A DNA stretch of 60,977 bases, taken from the IMG/VR virus record IMGVR_UViG_3300021519_000001, positions 1 through 60,977 of that record; one strand, 5' to 3'. This document shows, one piece after another, positions 54,801 to 60,977 of this stretch. The DNA is from a virus. Taxonomy: Duplodnaviria > Caudoviricetes. Both the position numbers and the translations under genes were made by a program. Position 1 is the first letter of the stretch, and each line of letters begins with the position of its first letter. Below the pieces are notes generated by a model, which searched no databases, was not told the DNA's origin, and worked only from the letters and a program-made list of their open reading frames with translations.

Positions 54801-56559
54801 CGGTGGTAATGTTGAAAAGCCGTTTATGGGCAGTGAGTATCTGAAGGAAAAATCACGGGCCGCGGGCCTAGGGTTTACCCCATCTACCGACCCAACGCTG
54901 GCTGGTTTCTACGGTGCTGGTGATTTAGGTAGTAACCTTGTCAATCCTGCCGGCGTTGCGCGCACGGGTGTAAAAGCAGCGGAAAAAACAGGGGAAGCAG
55001 CCAAGATGTTGGCCCGTGATTTCCAAGGTTACAACCAGCAGTTGGCTGTTCCCGGTGCTTCGTATGCGGTTCGTAATAAGGGCACACCTGTTGCTATGAC
55101 AGGGCTTCCATTTTTGCCTAATGTTGATGAAGCAGAAAAGGTAGTCAAGAATGTGACAATTGGCCAAATGAAAGAACCTTTGGCAGTAAAGGATAAATCT
55201 TTAAACGATTGGTTTTCAAAAACGGTTACGCGATATCTTCGTTCAGATTTTGCAACACCTCAAGATCAGTTGGTCAGGGCTGCAGAGGAGGGCAAGATGT
55301 TGCACCTTGCTCCTAAGGAATTTTCTGATTCGGCAGAAGATCAAGCACTTAAACATTTTTTAGGCCGTAGACAATCTGATTTAGAGTACATGCGTCAAGC
55401 AGAAGGGTTTGGTAAATCCAATATGGCAACGCAGCCATATGGACAACGTATAGAAGACATAACAGATATTTCTGCGTATCCGGAAAGGGTGGGGGATTTA
55501 ACACCTAACAGGGTGCCTGCAAGCATGCGCAATCTTGTAGAAACTCAGCCCGAAGCACGGGTAACGGATTTTGCGCCCAACATAGTAGAAAACCTAAAGT
55601 TAGAACAGTTGCGGGACAAGATGCTGGATGTTCGTCAATCAGGAGGAACATATGGGGCATATGGCCAGCCTGCCGCTAAAATACCTTCAGAGTTTTTGTT
55701 ACCAGACGATACCTTGGCAAAATTAAATGTTGCAGCAGCTTCTAATCGGATGGCGCGGTATACAAAGTGGCAAGATGAAACTAGGCAGAAGATGGCCACT
55801 ACGGCTCTGCGCTCGGATCCTGAGTTTCCAAGAGCGGAGTTACAGGAAGGTAAGTTTTTAGGTGTTGCATTGCCTAATATTAAGAAAAACCCACAAATTA
55901 AACAACTGGTTACTGATGTGGGATGCGATGGTGGGTGGTGCACAAGGTACACACCAAACGCTGAAGCCTATGCCTCTGGGTTTAGTCGACTGCATGTGAT
56001 AGTAACGGGAGAAGGCAAACAAGCGCGCCCTGTTGCCCAGTTTGCTATTGCTGATTCTGGCCCATCCTATGATACAAAGCGTTTTTCTATTACTGAGGTA
56101 AAAGAAAAAGGAAACACAAAAGATTTTGCAAACAATCCAGCGCTTCCCGCAATTCAAGAATACATCCAGTACCTTGACAAAACATACGGTGGCCTTGATT
56201 ATGTGGACAATTTAAAAGGGCTACGTTTGACAGCCTTGCCTGAATACCCAATGCAACTGTTAGATTTGTTTAAACCTACTGTTCAACAAAGAAGGATGTT
56301 GGAAAACAAATATGGTAGTGAGGAAAACGGCTTAAGGGCAGTCAGGGACAAAGCAGTTGATTTAAACAATGGATCTCGGTTCATGACGGGAAATGAGGAC
56401 AAGGTTGCTAATACGCTTGAGCAAGCTATGCAACTACTTGTCGGTCCAAAAGAAACCTTAGCACGCCGAATCCAAATGAATTTATTTGGACTTCCCAAAG
56501 AAAAGGCGCATGGGGGTATGATCGAGCGCCAACCCAACGATAACCGCAGATATCTGTAA
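51805..56559 (+). CDS. Large modular (polyvalent-type) virion protein: SLT transglycosylase + two HExxH metallopeptidase-like modules + PcfJ-like module
   Basis: AES...S.KGA.G.MQ.MP...AYN.G; LLHEGQH..Q...GE..A; AHETEH; GWCT; repeated VYRADGSPEEGER junctions. Confidence 0.75.
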   Translation: MAQQTFEEIVAAVKQAESRGKRYKDDGKTLTTSPKGALGEMQVMPKTITNPGFGVTPAKDKSPDEIARVGRDYLQAMKQKYGDTDKALVAYNMGPGATDKWLAAGADPKKLPEETRTYVQRVNGLLGGNVSRETSVAKTEPTPAEEIMTKALPAGTTAQAMPKDEVKTLAKMDVKEMPASYQAAFALAALADAQDEEDDRVYNENKGTETEAFFANYKPVNHLASLDLSVKPLTFKEGGEVDAEDLSKPSFGNPNIRKQGEAARRLAALRDVNTLPDPKTYAVASGLMGTAPDQMGFSVMHPKYKEIMDVANPAFAAGTALQIAPVAQGPGMGRMVGAAEKALEPAVRRTLEGGGKASQMLQDLAAPPSQMFVRARPEAAARHADLQAQGLSPEQIRAQNLTLVDNRGNLLEEISDAPAVLQQKTASVPRMYYDMLKHPELQSIYPAYDMPDVRIGTTRRKNAPLAAASFGEKEGIQGTVRSLPGDDVRGTVRGTLLHEGQHAIQSMEGFTEGANPSSFVAYVKAKRGIYDADPTVNENVIREMERVYPNLSDITDRIGQDLKARYGKVFPSDKRMGEALYRHMPGEVQAELARIRSNLTPDELKATPLEVSMQQLNINPANILEMNKMGSRLDRQIGDLEYDVYGYAQGGPVYRADGSPEEGERKLDRETMDMLRRQGTSPASLQRVAPPADISSSAAGLPGLMLFADPRIDQTNAYGYMLDGGDDTKNRAMAQAMFLNKSRSEDYPDTIAHETEHLLARQNLGSAANINSKFDELIGNKGTSRLNFVRDAVKAAPYLKEKYDLQSSYLDPKMFEYQSKFGLGKNLLYEQLASLAALEQRHKIDLTKDPELRKTLFSRPDVRETYNALTGLRQTRLDPRDLPPHTRVPEPGMLDAVKKVFKRADGGMVYRADGSPEEGERLTPQQIERIAAQESAEREAASNAAFIAQKSGIGRKAGPVSQALQSGQGQIEFLKGMTNVPQNILGAPMDISNMIAGIYGGNVEKPFMGSEYLKEKSRAAGLGFTPSTDPTLAGFYGAGDLGSNLVNPAGVARTGVKAAEKTGEAAKMLARDFQGYNQQLAVPGASYAVRNKGTPVAMTGLPFLPNVDEAEKVVKNVTIGQMKEPLAVKDKSLNDWFSKTVTRYLRSDFATPQDQLVRAAEEGKMLHLAPKEFSDSAEDQALKHFLGRRQSDLEYMRQAEGFGKSNMATQPYGQRIEDITDISAYPERVGDLTPNRVPASMRNLVETQPEARVTDFAPNIVENLKLEQLRDKMLDVRQSGGTYGAYGQPAAKIPSEFLLPDDTLAKLNVAAASNRMARYTKWQDETRQKMATTALRSDPEFPRAELQEGKFLGVALPNIKKNPQIKQLVTDVGCDGGWCTRYTPNAEAYASGFSRLHVIVTGEGKQARPVAQFAIADSGPSYDTKRFSITEVKEKGNTKDFANNPALPAIQEYIQYLDKTYGGLDYVDNLKGLRLTALPEYPMQLLDLFKPTVQQRRMLENKYGSEENGLRAVRDKAVDLNNGSRFMTGNEDKVANTLEQAMQLLVGPKETLARRIQMNLFGLPKEKAHGGMIERQPNDNRRYL

Positions 56560-56568
56560 GGACACAAC

Positions 56569-58953
56569 ATGCCAATTGAAAAGAACATGACAATCGACGA
56601 CTTGCCTGAGGGCGATGTCGCCGTTGAGATGGAAGATGAATTGCCCTCGGATATTGACATTGAGTTTGATACAGAAACCGGTGAAGTTGTTGTAAACATT
56701 GGCGCAGAAGACGACGATGTGGCCTATGACAGCAACTTAGCCGAGATCATTGAGCCGGATGTTTTGCAGCTTATTTCTTCTGACTTGATGTCGTTGTTTG
56801 ATGCTGACAAGTCTTCACGCAAAGAGTGGGAAGAGCAGTACAGCAAGGGCATGAAGATGCTGGGCTTCACGTTTGAAGAGCGTACCAAGCCATTCAAGGG
56901 CGCGTGCGGCGTGCAGCACCCACTTTTGACCGAGAGTATTGTTCAATTCCAAGCCCAAGCGCTTAAAGAATTGATGCCCGCGGGCGGCCCTGTTCGTACA
57001 CAGGTGCTGGGCAAAGAAACACGTGAGAAGTTGATGCAGGCAGACCGCGTCAAGGACTTCATGAACTACCAAATCACCACGGTGATGGAAGAGTACACAC
57101 CTGACTTTGATCAGTTGCTGTTCTATGTTGGCTTTGGTGGCTCGGCGTTTAAGAAGGTTTACTACGACGAGGCCAAGGGCCGCATGGTCAGTGCTTTGGT
57201 GCTGCCAGATAATCTGTATATACCGTATACGGGCTCATCGGTGATGAGCGAATGCCAACGAATCACGCACCGCGTTCCGATGTCCACCAACGATTACCGC
57301 AAGGCGGTCATTCGTGGTCAGTACTTGGATACAGCGCAGATGACGACGGCGGCAGAGACGGGCCAGAGCATTATCAAGAAGGAAGTTGACCGCACAACAG
57401 GCGTTGATCCTACGGGTGTGGAAGAAGAGATCTGTTTGTTAGAGTTCTTGGTTGATCTAGACATCCGCGGCTTTGAGCACAAGGATGAAGACGGCGAAGA
57501 GACGGGTATCAAGCTGCCATACATCGTCACCATTGATGAGATCTCCCAGTCTGTTGTAGGCGTGCGCCGCAACTGGAAAGAGGGCGATTCTCTGTTTGCG
57601 CGTAAGCAGTACTATGTGCATTACTTGCTGGTCCAAGGCCCCGGAGCTTATGGCTTGGGCTTCTTGCATTTGGTTGGTGGTCTTACTAAGACAGCTACTT
57701 CTGCACTGCAGCAATTGGTGGACGCTGGAACGCTCGCTAACCTTCCTGCAGGCTTTAAAGCCAAGGGTGCGCGTATTGCAAACGACGATACACCTTTGTC
57801 GCCCGGTGAGTTCAGGGATATGGACGCTGGTGGTGCGGAGTTGTCTGCATCTTTGTTGCCATTGCCATACAAAGAGCCAAGCCAGACGCTATTTGCGCTA
57901 CTAGGTTTCTGCGTAGATGCTGGTCGCCGTTTGGCAAGCATTACCGACATGCAAGTTGGTGACAGCAACCAGAATGCTGCTGTTGGAACGACGATTGCGT
58001 TGCTTGAAAAAGGCAGTGCGGTCATGTCTGCAATTCACAAGCGTTTGCATTACAGCCAACGCATGGAATTTCAATTGTTGGCCAAAGGTTTTGCAGAGTA
58101 TTTGCCTACTGAGTACCCATACGATGTGCCCGGGGAGAGCCGCAAGATCAAGGCACGTGACTTTGACGACCGCATCGATGTTTTGCCTGTTTCTGACCCC
58201 AACATCTTCTCTGTTGCCCAGCGTATCACGATGGCGCAAACCCAGTTGCAATTGGCTCAGAGCGCACCGCAGATGCACAACATGTATGAGGCTTACTACC
58301 GCATGTATGAGGCTATTGGTGTGCGGGACATTGACACCATCTTGAACAGCCAGCAAATTGATAAGCCAAAGGATCCTGCAAGCGAAAACGCACAGGCATT
58401 GGACGGCTCACCGCTCAAAGCTTTTGCCGGCCAGCAGCATGATGCGCACATCATGACGCATATCTTGTTTGGTATGAGCCCAATGATGGGCGGTATGCCT
58501 AACGTGGCGGTTACTCTGCAGAAACACATCTTTGATCACATCCGTTTGAAGGCGGAAGAAGAGGTGGAAGCGGAGTTGTTCCAGCAGTACGGCACAGATC
58601 CTGACCAGCTTATCTCATCTTTGCAGCGTGAAGCGATGATTGCAATCAAGGTTGCGCAGGGCTTCCAAGAAGTCAAGGCTTTGCAGGTTCAATTACAGGG
58701 CCCACAGACTGATCCTTTGGTGGAATTGAAGAAGCAAGAACTATCCCAAAGCGCTCAGCGCGACCAAGCCAAGCTGCAGATGGATCAACAACGTCTTGGA
58801 TTGGACCAACAGAAGGAACAAGCGGATACACAGTTTGATTCTGCTCGTTTGGCACTGCAACAAGCAGCGGCTGCACAGAAGAACTCACAAGATGCAATCA
58901 GAAATGCCCAACAAGGAGCAAAAAATGCAAACCAAAGCAGCAAAAAGTCCTAA
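56569..58953 (+). CDS. Portal protein
   Basis: 794 aa after TerL; D..SR.EW, P.L.E...QFQA, GS.FKKVY, DAGTL.NLP.GFK, AVGTT.AL; Q-rich coiled-coil barrel. Confidence 0.9.
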   Translation: MPIEKNMTIDDLPEGDVAVEMEDELPSDIDIEFDTETGEVVVNIGAEDDDVAYDSNLAEIIEPDVLQLISSDLMSLFDADKSSRKEWEEQYSKGMKMLGFTFEERTKPFKGACGVQHPLLTESIVQFQAQALKELMPAGGPVRTQVLGKETREKLMQADRVKDFMNYQITTVMEEYTPDFDQLLFYVGFGGSAFKKVYYDEAKGRMVSALVLPDNLYIPYTGSSVMSECQRITHRVPMSTNDYRKAVIRGQYLDTAQMTTAAETGQSIIKKEVDRTTGVDPTGVEEEICLLEFLVDLDIRGFEHKDEDGEETGIKLPYIVTIDEISQSVVGVRRNWKEGDSLFARKQYYVHYLLVQGPGAYGLGFLHLVGGLTKTATSALQQLVDAGTLANLPAGFKAKGARIANDDTPLSPGEFRDMDAGGAELSASLLPLPYKEPSQTLFALLGFCVDAGRRLASITDMQVGDSNQNAAVGTTIALLEKGSAVMSAIHKRLHYSQRMEFQLLAKGFAEYLPTEYPYDVPGESRKIKARDFDDRIDVLPVSDPNIFSVAQRITMAQTQLQLAQSAPQMHNMYEAYYRMYEAIGVRDIDTILNSQQIDKPKDPASENAQALDGSPLKAFAGQQHDAHIMTHILFGMSPMMGGMPNVAVTLQKHIFDHIRLKAEEEVEAELFQQYGTDPDQLISSLQREAMIAIKVAQGFQEVKALQVQLQGPQTDPLVELKKQELSQSAQRDQAKLQMDQQRLGLDQQKEQADTQFDSARLALQQAAAAQKNSQDAIRNAQQGAKNANQSSKKS

Positions 58954-59068
58954 AAAAGCGCCCAAGGAAATGTCCGGAGCGCCAAAACGTGTAAAAACAC
59001 CACAAAATGACCCACGAGTCACGTATGTTTACCGAAAAGATGCATTTAAGAAGGTAAAACTAGCGTAA
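58925..59068 (+). CDS. Small basic protein (47 aa)
   Basis: ATG 58925 after AAGGAG; K-rich. Confidence 0.55.
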   Translation: MQTKAAKSPKKAPKEMSGAPKRVKTPQNDPRVTYVYRKDAFKKVKLA

Positions 59069-59134
59069 TAGTGTGCATAATGCACACATAACCTTCGGAC
59101 AGGGGTCTATCTGTCTGCTTCATTGGAGTTATCC

Positions 59135-59320
59135 ATGCTTGAATTTGCAGAGAAAGTCATATTTGCCATTCGCAGGCTTGAAAACGAGACTAAAGACTTC
59201 GTTAGCAGCGGCAATGTCAAATCGATGGAGCAGTACAAACATTTGATGGGCAGGTTAGAGGGTTATTCGTTTGTTCAGGAAGCCATACAGGATGTCTTGA
59301 ACAAGAACTCTGATCTATAA
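59135..59320 (+). CDS. Conserved small head-module protein
   Basis: GGAG RBS; G.V..ME.Y....G...G. Confidence 0.7.
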   Translation: MLEFAEKVIFAIRRLENETKDFVSSGNVKSMEQYKHLMGRLEGYSFVQEAIQDVLNKNSDL

Positions 59321-59331
59321 AGGACCAACAG

Positions 59332-59790
59332 ATGGAAATGACTGCATTAGAGAAACGATGGGCTGAGGAAGCGGTTGAAAAAGCCGCCGCTGAAGCTTCT
59401 GCTGCTGAGGCTGCCAAGATTGAAGCGGCAGAAGAAGAGCAGAGGGTTGAAAACATCAAGGAACACCTTCCACAGCCTACAGGTTGGCGGATTGTGGTGT
59501 TGCCCTACAGAGGCGCTAAGAAAACCAAGGGCGGCATTGAATTAGCCGAAGAAACCTTGGAACGACAGCAACTCACTACCACTTGCGCATACGTTTTGGC
59601 CGTTGGCCCACTTGCCTACAAAGACACCGACAAGTTCCCGGACGGTCCTTGGTGTAAAGAAGGCGATTGGATCATTTTTGGCCGTTACGCGGGCGCACGA
59701 ATGGGCATCAATGGTGGAGAAATCCGTATTCTCAATGACGATGAAATTCTGGCTCGCATTAGCGATCCAGAAGACATTCTGCACATGTAA
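59332..59790 (+). CDS. groES: Co-chaperonin GroES
   Basis: P.PTG.RI.V, KTKGGI.L, VLAVGP, GDW..F.RYAG, ILNDDEILA. Confidence 0.88.
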   Translation: MEMTALEKRWAEEAVEKAAAEASAAEAAKIEAAEEEQRVENIKEHLPQPTGWRIVVLPYRGAKKTKGGIELAEETLERQQLTTTCAYVLAVGPLAYKDTDKFPDGPWCKEGDWIIFGRYAGARMGINGGEIRILNDDEILARISDPEDILHM

Positions 59791-59798
59791 GGAAACAT

Positions 59799-60716
59799 AT
59801 GACACAAGTAATGAACGATTCGCAACTTGAGTTTGACCTTGGAGAAGGTGAAAAAGCCACAGACGTGAGTTTTGACCGTCCTGAGAATGACGAGGGTCCT
59901 GCGGCACCTGAACCAGAAGCTAATATTTTCCAAAAGCCTGAACAGGAGTCTGCTCCTAAGAATGAATTGGATGAAGTTAGTGAAGGTGTGCAAAAACGCA
60001 TCTCTAAACTTACTGCGCGCATGCGCGAAGCCGAGCGCCGTGAGCAAGCAGCCCTTGAGTACGCTAAAGGCCTGCAAAACCAGACACAAACGCTGCAGCA
60101 AAAGCTTGTACAGACGGACTACAGCCGTTTGAACGAAGCTAAAACACGTCTGGAGACCCAGCAAGTCCAGTTGCGCCAGATCATTGCCAAGGCACGTGAA
60201 GAAAACGATGTCAACACTGAGTTGGAAGCACAAGAGCGCTTGTCTGCTTTGGGTGGTGAGCAGCGTCAAGTAGCAGGTTGGTTGCAGTCGCAGCAAGAAG
60301 TTGTGCAGCAGCAGCAATATCAGCAAGCGCAACCAGCACCTGTTCAACAACAGCCTCAGCGCCCTGTTCCTAGCCCTCGTGCAGAGGAATGGGCAGAGCA
60401 GAACTCTTGGTTTGGACAAGACCGAGTGATGACTTATGCTGCTTGGGGCATACATCAAACACTTGTTGAACAAGAAGGTGTTGACCCCAGTTCAGATGAG
60501 TACTATACTGAACTTGACAAACGTGTTCGGAGTACTTTTCCAGACAAGTTTAGCCAATCCAGACAACAGCGTTCCGCGCCTGCTGTTGCCCCTGCCGCCC
60601 GTAGTTCGGGAATAAATAGTGCGCGCCGTACTGTCCGGCTTTCGCCGAGTCAGGTTGCTATAGCAAAAAAACTGGGCGTTCCTCTTGAAGAGTATGCCAA
60701 GTATGTTAAGGAGTGA
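59799..60716 (+). CDS. Capsid scaffolding protein
   Basis: Acidic N-terminus, long coiled coil, C-terminal LS.SQVAIAKKLGVPLEEYAK; upstream of capsid genes. Confidence 0.7.
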   Translation: MTQVMNDSQLEFDLGEGEKATDVSFDRPENDEGPAAPEPEANIFQKPEQESAPKNELDEVSEGVQKRISKLTARMREAERREQAALEYAKGLQNQTQTLQQKLVQTDYSRLNEAKTRLETQQVQLRQIIAKAREENDVNTELEAQERLSALGGEQRQVAGWLQSQQEVVQQQQYQQAQPAPVQQQPQRPVPSPRAEEWAEQNSWFGQDRVMTYAAWGIHQTLVEQEGVDPSSDEYYTELDKRVRSTFPDKFSQSRQQRSAPAVAPAARSSGINSARRTVRLSPSQVAIAKKLGVPLEEYAKYVKE

Positions 60717-60720
60717 AACA

Positions 60721-60977
60721 ATGACTAAAGTTACTATCGACAAAGCCCCTCGCGCAACCCGCGATACGGAAAAACGTCGCCGTCCTTGGACCCCTCCCTC
60801 ACGTCTTGACGCGCCTCCTGCCCCCGAAGGGTTTAAGCATCGTTGGATCCGTGCCGAAGTAAACGGGCAAATAGACAAAGCAAACGTCTACAGTCGTCTT
60901 CGTGAAGGCTATGAACTAGTCCGTCTTGAAGAACTGCCCGAAGAGTACCAAGGCATGATGCCTACCGTTGATGACGG
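60721..60977 (+). CDS. 5' part of conserved head-module protein (continues to 335 across junction)
   Basis: MTKVTIDK...W.PPS.LDAPPAPEGFKHRWIR; AAGGAG RBS. Confidence 0.85.
   Translation, partial: MTKVTIDKAPRATRDTEKRRRPWTPPSRLDAPPAPEGFKHRWIRAEVNGQIDKANVYSRLREGYELVRLEELPEEYQGMMPTVDD
60851..60977. repeat. Terminal overlap, copy 2
   Basis: Identical to 1-127. Confidence 0.97.

Noticed and set aside
51805-56559. Virion RNA polymerase (N4- or crAss-like) or intein in the large proteins
   Set aside because: No DxDGD or T7-type RNAP motifs and no Hint C/HN termini recognised in the 1584-, 1216- or 1124-aa proteins.
27807-60473. Long antisense or alternate-frame ORFs (e.g. 27807-28460, 34009-34671, 43561-44205, 51358-52041, 59685-60473)
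   Set aside because: They overlap well-supported genes, lack RBS and motifs; shadow ORFs.
1-60977. Stop-codon reassignment
   Set aside because: Standard-code ORFs tile the genome densely with full-length core genes, and no suppressor tRNA was seen.

Overview
The window is an apparently complete, circularly permuted genome of a tailed dsDNA phage, probably a podovirus of a Gram-negative host. Bases 1-127 are repeated exactly at 60851-60977, so the unique length is about 60,850 bp. Morphogenesis module (+): TerL, a 1584-aa modular protein, portal, GroES, scaffold, capsid proteins, adaptors, glycine-rich tail fibres, holin and GH24 lysozyme, nozzle, and four ejection-type proteins. Replication module: PD-(D/E)XK exonuclease, SNF2 helicase, SSB-like protein, primase, UvrD helicase and PolA. 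The rest is a leftward block of small genes, a divergent origin-like intergenic region, TerS plus a resolvase, and an early region with sigma70 promoters. The gene set is reminiscent of HTVC023P-type podoviruses, which needs checking. No integrase, CRISPR array, tRNA or rRNA was recognised. The strongest candidate for a new system is a short [FYMLKR]-x-x-G-G peptide motif. It recurs in four otherwise unrelated late proteins and marks the junctions of the 1584-aa protein (transglycosylase / metallopeptidase / metallopeptidase / PcfJ-like), suggesting a cargo-tagging or polyprotein-processing code for injected effectors. Other highlights are a compact double-pseudoknot 5' leader RNA (3095-3176), a loop-E hairpin before the primase, a stereotyped early expression cassette, two identical G-rich 29-mers, and a palindrome cluster before TerL. 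All family calls come from motif recognition by eye; no database searches were run.
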